Positions 36,934-44,648 of a DNA stretch of 64,000 nucleotides are shown here, piece after piece. Each line of letters begins with the position of its first letter. Within the stretch, counting starts at the first letter, position 1. The position numbers were made by a program, and so were the translations under genes. A model generated the notes under the pieces. That model saw only the letters and a list, made by a program, of their open reading frames with translations. It was not told where the DNA came from and did not search any database. The DNA comes from an uncultured Clostridia bacterium (lineage in GTDB: Bacteria > Bacillota > Clostridia > TANB77 > CAG-508). The stretch lies in contig CAKPLT010000005.1 in assembly GCA_934167755.1 (NCBI GenBank), positions 19,937 through 83,936 on the forward strand, given 5' to 3'.

Positions 36934-36956
36934 AGTCTCCAAAAGGAGACTTTTTA
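36934..36956 (+). terminator. rho-independent terminator
   Basis: AGTCTCC-aaaa-GGAGACT followed by TTTTATT. Confidence 0.75.
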
Positions 36957-36965
36957 TTATATAAT

Positions 36966-37028
36966 AAGCTACAATCACTAGCCCTTTGAGATTTCATCGC
37001 TTTTGTTCTATGCTAGAAAAGTATATAC
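36966..37028. repeat. Repeat family B, truncated/rearranged copy 3
   Basis: The reverse complement contains GAACAAAAGCGATGAAATCTCAAAGGGCTAG, matching the family B core ends. The plus strand contains TGCTAGAAAAGTATATA, matching the side module. Confidence 0.6.
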
Positions 37029-37034
37029 GAAAGT

Positions 37035-38111
37035 TTAAGATATTTTTCCTCCCCCAAGTATAATGTCATTAATATAGAATACTGCTGATTGCCCTGGTGT
37101 TATTGCTCTTTGTGGTTCATCAAATATTACTTTTACTTGATTTTCTCCATTTGGTTCTATTGTTGCTTTCGCAACTTTTGAAGAATATCTTGTTTTTACA
37201 TCTACTTGTATTGGCTCTTTGATTTTATCTATTAATAGTAAATTAATATCTATTACATTAACCTCTTTTTTATATAATTCACTTTCTTCGCCAACGATTA
37301 CTTCATTTTTTAGTGGGTTAAATCCTATTACAAATAAAGGTACTTTATAAGATATTCCTAGTCCTTTTCTTTGCCCAATTGTATAATTATATAATCCAGT
37401 ATGTTCTCCTAATTTCTCTCCTTTGCTATTTACTATGCTTCCTTTTTTTGGTTTTAAGTTTGAATTAATCTCTAAAAATCTTTTATAATTTCCATCTGGC
37501 ACAAAACAGATATCTTCACTGTCTGGCTTATTAGCAACTTTTAAATTATTCTCTCTAGCAATTTCTCTAATTTGTTCTTTGTCTTCAAAATTTGCAAGAG
37601 GAAATACTACATGTTCTAGTAATTCTTTCGGAATATTCCACAATACATAACTTTGGTCCTTTTTTCCTGCATTTGATTTCTTTAATACCCATCTACCATA
37701 TTTTTCACTATATTCTGTTTTTGCATAGTGTCCTGTTGCAATATATTCACATCCAAGTTCTTTGGCTTTTTCCCACATGTATCCAAACTTCATATATTTA
37801 TTACATTCTATACATGGATTTGGTGTCTTGCAGTTTGAATAACAATCAATAAAATCTTGTATAACATACCTTTGGAATAGTTCTTTGCAATTGTCTGTAA
37901 AATGTGGTATACCTATTGAATTACATACATTTTTAGCATCTATATATGTTTCTATATTGCAACAACTGCTTCCTGCAAATAGTTCTAATGTTATTCCTAT
38001 TGGTTCATATCCATTTTGTTTTAACAACAAGGCAGACACACTACTGTCTACACCTCCACTCATTCCTAATAATACTTTTTTATTCTTCATTTTTTCATAC
38101 CTTTTCTTCAT
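37035..38111 (-). CDS. mnmA: tRNA 2-thiouridine(34) synthase
   Basis: PP-loop LGMSGGVDSSVSA. 358 aa. The start may instead be M8. Confidence 0.93.
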   Translation of the reverse strand: MKKRYEKMKNKKVLLGMSGGVDSSVSALLLKQNGYEPIGITLELFAGSSCCNIETYIDAKNVCNSIGIPHFTDNCKELFQRYVIQDFIDCYSNCKTPNPCIECNKYMKFGYMWEKAKELGCEYIATGHYAKTEYSEKYGRWVLKKSNAGKKDQSYVLWNIPKELLEHVVFPLANFEDKEQIREIARENNLKVANKPDSEDICFVPDGNYKRFLEINSNLKPKKGSIVNSKGEKLGEHTGLYNYTIGQRKGLGISYKVPLFVIGFNPLKNEVIVGEESELYKKEVNVIDINLLLIDKIKEPIQVDVKTRYSSKVAKATIEPNGENQVKVIFDEPQRAITPGQSAVFYINDIILGGGKIS

Positions 38112-38118
38112 ATTTTAA

Positions 38119-38586
38119 TTAATGACAACAATTTATTGTTCCTTTTCCATTTTCATCATTTTTATTAAGCATATCTTCTATTGTATGCCAGGCTAAAAGT
38201 GCACATTTTACTCTTGCTGGCATATTTGATACATTTTTAAATGCTATAGCATCTTCTAACTTCTTTAATTGTTCCTCATCTGTTGTTTCTCTTTTTATCA
38301 TTTCTATAAATGTTTTTATGATTTCTTTTGCCTCTTCTATTGTTTTACCCCTTAATGTATCTATCATTATTGAAGTTGAAGCTTGTGAAATTGCACAACC
38401 ATGTCCTGTGAATGCCATATCTTCTATTTTGTTTCCATCCAATTTTAGTTCTAATGTTATTTCATCTCCACAATTTGGGTTATGTCCTATTTCTGAATAG
38501 TCTGCTCCTTCTAACTTTTTCTTGTTATATGAATTCATACTATGTTCCATTATTAAGTCATTATATACATCTGTTAAATCTTCCAT
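38119..38586 (-). CDS. sufU: SUF-type Fe-S cluster scaffold/sulfur acceptor (SufU/IscU-like)
   Basis: Motifs NPNCGDEITL, GHGCAISQAS and ARVKCALLAW. Confidence 0.9.
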   Translation of the reverse strand: MEDLTDVYNDLIMEHSMNSYNKKKLEGADYSEIGHNPNCGDEITLELKLDGNKIEDMAFTGHGCAISQASTSIMIDTLRGKTIEEAKEIIKTFIEMIKRETTDEEQLKKLEDAIAFKNVSNMPARVKCALLAWHTIEDMLNKNDENGKGTINCCH

Positions 38587-38596
38587 CTTTTTACCT

Positions 38597-39817
38597 CTAT
38601 CTTATAAATTTCTTAAACATATCATATGCTTTATTCAAAGCATGAACAAGTTTATCTACATCTTCTCTTGTATTGTAAAAATAAAAACTTGCTCTACATG
38701 TTGAATCAATACCTAAAAATCTCATGAGTGGTTGTGCACAATGGTTTCCTGAACGCACACAAACATTTTCTGAATCCAAAATACTCGCAACATCGTGTGG
38801 ATGTACTCCTTTAATATTAAATGAGATTACACCTGAATGATTTTCAACATTTGGAGTTAGATATAATGTTAAGTAATCTAGTTTAGACAATTCCTGTCTT
38901 GCATATGATACTACATCATTTTCAAGTTCTTGTATTTTATCATATCTGATTTTTTGAATATAATCTATTGCTGCACCTAACCCGATAACTCCTTCTACAT
39001 TTTGTGTTCCTGCTTCAAATTTATTTGGCAATGGTGCAAATGTTGTATCTTGTTCATAAACATATTCTATCATATCTCCACCCATTAGAAATGGTGTCAT
39101 TTTGTTTAAAATTTCTCTTTTTCCATATAATACACCTATCCCTAAAGGCGCTAACATTTTATGTCCTGAAAACACTAAAAAATCTGCATCTAAATCTTGT
39201 ACATCTATTTTCATATGTGGAATGCTTTGTGATGCATCAACAATTACAATAGCACCTTTTTTATGTGCATATTTTATAATTTTCTTTACATTATTTATTG
39301 TTCCTAAAACATTTGAAACATGTGCTATTCCGACTATTTTTGTCTTATCTGTAATTTTACTTTCAATTTCTTCATCAGAAAGTTCAAAGTTTTCATTAAT
39401 ATACATATAATTTAATTTGCTACTTGTTGCTTTTGTCACTTTTTGCCATGGCACTAAATTTGAATGATGTTCCATTATGGAAATTACTACTTCATCATCT
39501 TTTTTTAAGTTATCCATTCCATATGAATATGCAATTAAATTTAAGCTTTCTGTTGCATTTTTTGAAAATATTATTTCTTCTCTATGTTTTGCATTTATAA
39601 ATTCTGCAATTTTTGTCCTTGTGCTTTCATATTCTTCAGTTGCTTCTATGCTCAAAGAATATGCACCTCTATGTGGGTTTGCATTATTTTTTTCATAAAA
39701 TTCTTCTACTGCTTTTATTACTTGTACTGGTTTTTGTGTTGTTGCTCCACTGTCTAAATATGTTATATTTCTATTTTCTAATAGTGTAAAATCTTTTTTT
39801 ATTTCTTCTACTTTCAT
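38597..39817 (-). CDS. sufS: cysteine desulfurase
   Basis: Motifs FSGHKMLAPLGIG (PLP lysine) and RSGNHCAQP. 406 aa. Confidence 0.93.
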   Translation of the reverse strand: MKVEEIKKDFTLLENRNITYLDSGATTQKPVQVIKAVEEFYEKNNANPHRGAYSLSIEATEEYESTRTKIAEFINAKHREEIIFSKNATESLNLIAYSYGMDNLKKDDEVVISIMEHHSNLVPWQKVTKATSSKLNYMYINENFELSDEEIESKITDKTKIVGIAHVSNVLGTINNVKKIIKYAHKKGAIVIVDASQSIPHMKIDVQDLDADFLVFSGHKMLAPLGIGVLYGKREILNKMTPFLMGGDMIEYVYEQDTTFAPLPNKFEAGTQNVEGVIGLGAAIDYIQKIRYDKIQELENDVVSYARQELSKLDYLTLYLTPNVENHSGVISFNIKGVHPHDVASILDSENVCVRSGNHCAQPLMRFLGIDSTCRASFYFYNTREDVDKLVHALNKAYDMFKKFIR

Positions 39818-39897
39818 TTAGAAATCCTTTCTTTTTATTTGACATTTATTTTTATTTGTGTTAATATATTTATATAAAAGAATAAGAGCTTACGCCC

Positions 39898-40068
39898 TTA
39901 TTCATTTGGTTGATTATTTTGAGATTTGTCCATATCTGGATAAATCTCGATTTTTCTTTTTTCAGAACTATATTTGAATATGTACTTGTTTTTAGAACAA
40001 ATATGTATTAAAAATCCAATTCCTCCAAAAGTCACTAATTTCATTAATAGATGTTCTATTAACTCCAT
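39898..40068 (-). CDS. 56-aa putative small membrane protein (below the ORF-track size cutoff)
   Basis: My translation: MELIEHLLMKLVTFGGIGFLIHICSKNKYIFKYSSEKRKIEIYPDMDKSQNNQPNE. RBS GGAGGTaaagccgATG. A hairpin plus a U-rich tract follows the stop. Confidence 0.45.
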   Translation of the reverse strand: MELIEHLLMKLVTFGGIGFLIHICSKNKYIFKYSSEKRKIEIYPDMDKSQNNQPNE

Positions 40069-40205
40069 CGGCTTTACCTCCTTCTTTTGTATTTACATTT
40101 AAGCCATATTTGACATAAATGCATAGATTAATAGGCTGTGCATAGCTTATCAATCTATGCACTTATGCCAGAATTCGGTAAATAATCTTCTCAACCACAT
40201 GAATA

Positions 40206-40234
40206 ATTATATCATGATGTAAACTTATCGTCAA
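40206..40234 (-). promoter_or_regulatory. internal promoter TTGACG-17-TATAAT downstream of sufD
   Basis: The -35 reverse complement is at 40229-40234 and the -10 reverse complement at 40206-40211. It would give a ~130-nt leader before the 56-aa ORF and sufS. Confidence 0.55.
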
Positions 40235-40260
40235 TATTTTTTCGAACTTTTTTTCGTTTT

Positions 40261-41307
40261 TTAATCTAACCTCTTATCAATCTCACTTAAAATCTCATTT
40301 TTCAACTCTTCATCAGAAATTCTTTCAATAATCTTATTAAACTTAGATTTAACAATTAATTTAACCGCTTCTTTATAGCTAATACCTCTAGTCATAATAT
40401 AAAATAACTGTTTTTCATCAACTTTGCCAGAAGCAGTTGAGTGATTACCTTCTACATCTTCTTCAGTACATAAAAGCATTGGTAATGCAATAGATTTAGC
40501 CTTATCAGATAAAAGCATACAATATTCATTTTCATTTCCTTTTGCTTTTTTAGAACCTTTTTTGAAATCAATAGTTCCTTTAAAGTTCTTCTTAGCTTCA
40601 TCTTTTAAAGCTCCTTGTACATCAATATCTATATTAGTCTTTGTTCCTCTTAATTCTGCAATATAATTAATATCTTTTCTTTGTTCACCAATACCTAAAT
40701 AGATTGATTTCAAATCATTGTCTGCATTTTCTCCAATTATATTTGAGTAATAATTAGAAACGCTAGTTTTTGCACCAATATCAATAATTGTATAATTTAC
40801 TTTTGAATTTTTTTCTAATCTATTTTCTATTGCTTCAAAATTATCAGAATTTTCATTTAATAGATTTACAATTGTTACATTAAGTTTTGCATTTTCATTT
40901 GCAATTGCTCTAATAATACCATTGTGTAAACATTTTTGTGATGTTTGAGATTTATATTCAATAATTACATTTGTATCAACATTTGCAATTATTTCTATTT
41001 GATTTATTAAATTCACATTATTATCATCAAAATTGTATCTTATTCTAATATCTTCTTTTTTGTTGCTTGTTTGTATTTTTATTTTGCTATTTGCTGTTTC
41101 ATAATTTAATTCTTCTAAAATTTTTCCTGTACCGTAAGTTAGTGGTGTATTTGAAATTTCACTATCTATAATACTTTTGTCATTAATAATTTCGACATTT
41201 TTGAATTCAGCAATCTTTTCTGGTAAATCAAATTCAACTTCTATATTATTTATCTTAAAATTTCTTGCTGTTCTAACTGGTGTATCATTTACTTTTAATT
41301 TTTCCAT
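40261..41307 (-). CDS. sufD: Fe-S cluster assembly protein SufD
   Basis: 348 aa with the C-terminal EGNHSTASGKVDEKQLFYIMTRGI pattern. The start overlaps the sufB stop (TAATG). Confidence 0.85.
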   Translation of the reverse strand: MEKLKVNDTPVRTARNFKINNIEVEFDLPEKIAEFKNVEIINDKSIIDSEISNTPLTYGTGKILEELNYETANSKIKIQTSNKKEDIRIRYNFDDNNVNLINQIEIIANVDTNVIIEYKSQTSQKCLHNGIIRAIANENAKLNVTIVNLLNENSDNFEAIENRLEKNSKVNYTIIDIGAKTSVSNYYSNIIGENADNDLKSIYLGIGEQRKDINYIAELRGTKTNIDIDVQGALKDEAKKNFKGTIDFKKGSKKAKGNENEYCMLLSDKAKSIALPMLLCTEEDVEGNHSTASGKVDEKQLFYIMTRGISYKEAVKLIVKSKFNKIIERISDEELKNEILSEIDKRLD

Positions 41308-42704
41308 TATCCAATTGCCCCCTCTAACTCTAGATTTATTAAATTATTCATTTCAACTGCATATTCTACTGGCAATTCTTTTGAAATTGGATATGCAAAT
41401 CCTCTTACAATCATTGCTTTTGCATCTTCTTCTGATAACCCTCTTGACATTAAGTAAAATATAGCCTTATCACTGATTTTTCCTATTTTAGCTTCGTGTG
41501 AAAATTCTACTTCATCTGTTCTAATGTCATTAACAGGTATTGTATCAGATCTTGAAATATCGTCTAACATAAGTGATTCACAACTTACACTACATTTTGA
41601 ATTTTTAGCATTTTCATTTATCCTTACTAATGCTCTATAAGTACATGCACCACCATCTTTAGAAATCGATTTTGAATTTACTACTGATGATGTGTTTGGT
41701 GCATTATGAATTACCTTAAATCCTGTATCTAGGTCTTGTCCTCCACCTGCAAATGTAATTCCAGTATATTCCGTTTTGGCATTTTCTCCATTTAATATGC
41801 TCATTGGATATAACATAGATACTTTTGATCCAAATGATCCTGTTACCCAGTCTATTTGTGCATTTTTTCCTACTATTGCCTTTTTAGTATTTAAGTTCAT
41901 CATATTTTTAGACCAGTTTTCTATTGTTGAATATCTTAAATATGCATTGTCTTTTACATATAACTCAACACATCCTGCATGTAGATTTACTTTATTATAT
42001 TTAGGAGCAGAACATCCTTCTATAAAGTGTAGGCTTGCACCTTCATCTACTATTATTAATGTGTGTTCAAATTGACCTGATTCTGGTGAATTTAATCTAA
42101 AATATGATTGTAAAGGAATGTCTAATTTCACTCCTTTTGGTACATATACAAATGAACCTCCTGACCATACAGCTGCATGTAATGCGACAAATTTATGGTC
42201 ACTTATTGGAACACATTTCATAAAGTGTTCTTTTACTATTTTAGGATAATCTCTTACAGCTGATTCCATATCTGTGTAAATTACTCCTTGTTTTATTAAA
42301 TCTTCTTTCATACTATGATATACAACTTCTGAATCATATTGTGCTCCAACTCCTGCTAATGATGTTTTTTCTGCTTCTGGTATTCCTAATTTATCAAATG
42401 TGTCTTTTATCTCTTCTGGCACATCTTCCCAAGAACTATTTAAATTTGTTTTTGGTTTTACATATGTTGCAATTTCATCCATTTTTAGTCCTGATAAATC
42501 TGGTCCCCATGTTGGAAGTTCTAATTTTTTGTACATTTCTAATGCTTTTAGTCTTATTTCTAACATCCAATCCGGTTCATTTTTTCTTTTTGATATTTCT
42601 TCTACTATTTCTCTACTTAAACCCTTTTGCATTTTGAATTCATAGTCATCTTGATTTTTTATGTCATATATATTTCTATTTATTTCTTCTATTTGAGTTT
42701 TCAT
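41307..42704 (-). CDS. sufB: Fe-S cluster assembly protein SufB
   Basis: 465 aa with FSHEAKIGKISDKAIFYLMSRGLSEEDA and LIIVDEGASLHFIEGC. Confidence 0.93.
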   Translation of the reverse strand: MKTQIEEINRNIYDIKNQDDYEFKMQKGLSREIVEEISKRKNEPDWMLEIRLKALEMYKKLELPTWGPDLSGLKMDEIATYVKPKTNLNSSWEDVPEEIKDTFDKLGIPEAEKTSLAGVGAQYDSEVVYHSMKEDLIKQGVIYTDMESAVRDYPKIVKEHFMKCVPISDHKFVALHAAVWSGGSFVYVPKGVKLDIPLQSYFRLNSPESGQFEHTLIIVDEGASLHFIEGCSAPKYNKVNLHAGCVELYVKDNAYLRYSTIENWSKNMMNLNTKKAIVGKNAQIDWVTGSFGSKVSMLYPMSILNGENAKTEYTGITFAGGGQDLDTGFKVIHNAPNTSSVVNSKSISKDGGACTYRALVRINENAKNSKCSVSCESLMLDDISRSDTIPVNDIRTDEVEFSHEAKIGKISDKAIFYLMSRGLSEEDAKAMIVRGFAYPISKELPVEYAVEMNNLINLELEGAIG

Positions 42705-42803
42705 GCAAACACTCCTTTTAACTATTGCTTGATTTTTATATTTTTTTATGTTATATTTATGTAGTAACTGTAAATATAGCCAAAAATATAAAGAGGTAAA
42801 TTT

Positions 42804-43019
42804 ATGAATAAGGATAATTCAACTACAGGTGCATTAATTTTAATTTTTAACATTCTTGTATCCCTTGGAATAGGATTAATTTCTTTTGGTATTTTAGCCA
42901 GTATATTTGGTATCCATATTTGGGTAATATCAATTTCATTTGGAATTATGCTAATATTATTTGCATTTTCCTTTGTAATTGAGAAAATTACTGGAATTTT
43001 TAAAATAAAAAGAAATTAA
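42804..43019 (+). CDS. 71-aa hydrophobic protein (2-3 TM) on the opposite strand inside the suf cluster
   Basis: RBS aaagaggtaaatttATG. Upstream promoter TTGATT-17-TATATT. Followed by a terminator. Confidence 0.5.
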   Translation: MNKDNSTTGALILIFNILVSLGIGLISFGILASIFGIHIWVISISFGIMLILFAFSFVIEKITGIFKIKRN

Positions 43020-43040
43020 TCCTTAGCAACAAATCTCTGT

Positions 43041-43066
43041 AAAACTGCTCAGACTGAGCAGTTTTA
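43041..43066. terminator. bidirectional terminator between sufC and the 71-aa gene/sufB
   Basis: AAAACTGCTCAG-a-CTGAGCAGTTTT with T-runs in both senses. It overlaps the sufC stop codon (43064-43066). Confidence 0.65.
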
Positions 43067-43801
43067 TTTATATTGCGCATATCCTGTTTCTTCAATCTCT
43101 TCAGCTAATTCAGCTGTTGAAGTTTTTACAATTTGTCCATTTACTAAAACATGTACATAATCAACTTTTAAATGATTTAATATTCTTGTATTATGAGTAA
43201 TAATTAATACTCCATTTTCATCATTTTTAAACATTTCGATACCTTTAGAAACTATTTTTATAGCATCAACATCAAGTCCTGAATCTGTTTCATCTAATAT
43301 TGCAAGTTTTGGATTTAATACAAGCATTTGTAAAATTTCATTTTTCTTTTTCTCTCCACCAGAGAATCCAACATTTAAGTTTCTTTCAATTAATTTTGGA
43401 TTCATACTTAATTCTTCTGAATATTTTTTTACAGTATCTTTAAATTCAAAGATTTTAACAGGTTTTTCTGTTAGTTTATTTTTTGCATATTTTAAGAAAT
43501 TCATTGTCGAAATCCCTGGTATTTCTTCTGGTAATTGGAATGACATAAAAATCCCTTTTTTAGCAATTTGATCTGTACTTAAATCATTTATATTTTCTCC
43601 TTCAAATTCTACTGAACCACTTATTTTTGTGTATTGTGGATTATTTAAAATAACATTTGCAAGTGTTGATTTTCCAGCACCATTTGGTCCCATTATTACA
43701 TGAACTTCACCTTTTTTTATATTTAAGTTTAATCCTTTTAAAATTTCTTTTTCTCCTGCATTAACATGTAAATCTTTTATTTCTAATAATTTGTCACTCA
43801 T
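43064..43801 (-). CDS. sufC: Fe-S cluster assembly ATPase SufC
   Basis: Motifs GPNGAGKST, FSGGEKKKNEIL and LAILDETDSGLD. Confidence 0.95.
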   Translation of the reverse strand: MSDKLLEIKDLHVNAGEKEILKGLNLNIKKGEVHVIMGPNGAGKSTLANVILNNPQYTKISGSVEFEGENINDLSTDQIAKKGIFMSFQLPEEIPGISTMNFLKYAKNKLTEKPVKIFEFKDTVKKYSEELSMNPKLIERNLNVGFSGGEKKKNEILQMLVLNPKLAILDETDSGLDVDAIKIVSKGIEMFKNDENGVLIITHNTRILNHLKVDYVHVLVNGQIVKTSTAELAEEIEETGYAQYK

Positions 43802-43805
43802 TTTC

Positions 43806-44261
43806 TTATTCCTTTCTTGCTTTTGATGTTCTTTTTATACAACATCTACATTTCTCTTGATTTATATCATAATTACAATCTAAACTCTTTAGTCCCAAAA
43901 CTTTATGAACATATTTAGCCAATTTATTTGTTGTATCATCTTCAATAACTGACTTTATTCTTTCAGCATCAGTTTTAGCTTGTTCTTCTTCTAAATTTAA
44001 AACTTCTTTTAAAAATACATAAACTATGTCATATGTTTCTAATATTTTTTGAGCTAGATTTTCTCCATCTTCTGTTAGTTCTATTGTTCCATATGTTTCA
44101 TAATTTATTAGTTTTTCTTCTTTTAAATTATTTAGTGCTTTATTTACACTTGGTTTTGAACAATTCATTTTGTTTGCAATATCTGTTACTCTAATGTTTC
44201 CATTTTGTTTTTTGAGCACATACATTGTTTTTAAATATTCTTCTAATGATTTTGTTATCAT
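43806..44261 (-). CDS. DtxR/MntR-family metal-dependent transcriptional regulator with a Cys-rich C-terminal tail
   Basis: MITKSLEEYLKTMYVL...VTDIANKMNCSKPSVNKALNNL. The tail reads CNYDINQEKCRCC. The start moves to M27 (RBS aaaaaggagaaatacATG). Confidence 0.8.
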   Translation of the reverse strand: MITKSLEEYLKTMYVLKKQNGNIRVTDIANKMNCSKPSVNKALNNLKEEKLINYETYGTIELTEDGENLAQKILETYDIVYVFLKEVLNLEEEQAKTDAERIKSVIEDDTTNKLAKYVHKVLGLKSLDCNYDINQEKCRCCIKRTSKARKE

Positions 44262-44284
44262 GTATTTCTCCTTTTTACAGTTTT

Positions 44285-44330
44285 TGTTAACTTTGGTTAA
44301 CATTATAATATATAAGTATATGTTTGTCAA
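44285..44330 (-). promoter_or_regulatory. consensus promoter TTGACA-17-TATAAT followed by the palindrome TGTTAAC-N4-GTTAACA (candidate operator)
   Basis: The -35 reverse complement is at 44325-44330 and the -10 reverse complement at 44302-44307. The 18-bp palindrome at 44285-44302 abuts the -10. Confidence 0.55.
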
Positions 44331-44370
44331 GGCTAACAATAAAATTTACCAATGTAAACACCAATTTGTA

Positions 44371-44648
44371 ATAAAAAATTCTGCTACTTGATAATCGTTT
44401 ATTAAAAATTAGTATAAAGAAAGGACTTAAAATATAAACTTTGAATGAAATGACGAATGTGCATGGAGAAATTTTAGAAATTCTTATGCAGTTTTATGGT
44501 AAGAGTTCACGATAGTGGAAAGGACCCATAAAACAAATTAGAATTTTTTAAATTTCGTAATAAGCCGAGGAATGTAATGAAAAGTTTATATTTCAAGTCT
44601 TTCTTATAAAAACAAATTAAAACGATTATCCAGTAGCAAAATTTTTTA
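44371..44648 (-). terminator. split mgtA terminator: ~28-bp arms now separated by the family C element
   Basis: AAAAAATTCTGCTACTTGATAATCGTTT (44371-44398) is complementary, with a few mismatches, to AAACGATTATCCAGTAGCAAAATTTTTT (44621-44648). On the minus strand the distal arm is followed by TTTTTTATT. Confidence 0.5.
44413..44608. repeat. Repeat family C, long MITE-like copy (~196 bp)
   Basis: Arms TATAAAGAAAGGACTTAAAATATAAACTTT (44413-44442) and AAAGTTTATATTTCAAGTCTTTCTTATA (44581-44608). The core has CGAATGTGCATGGAGAAAT, which matches the core of the 22988 copy. Confidence 0.7.
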
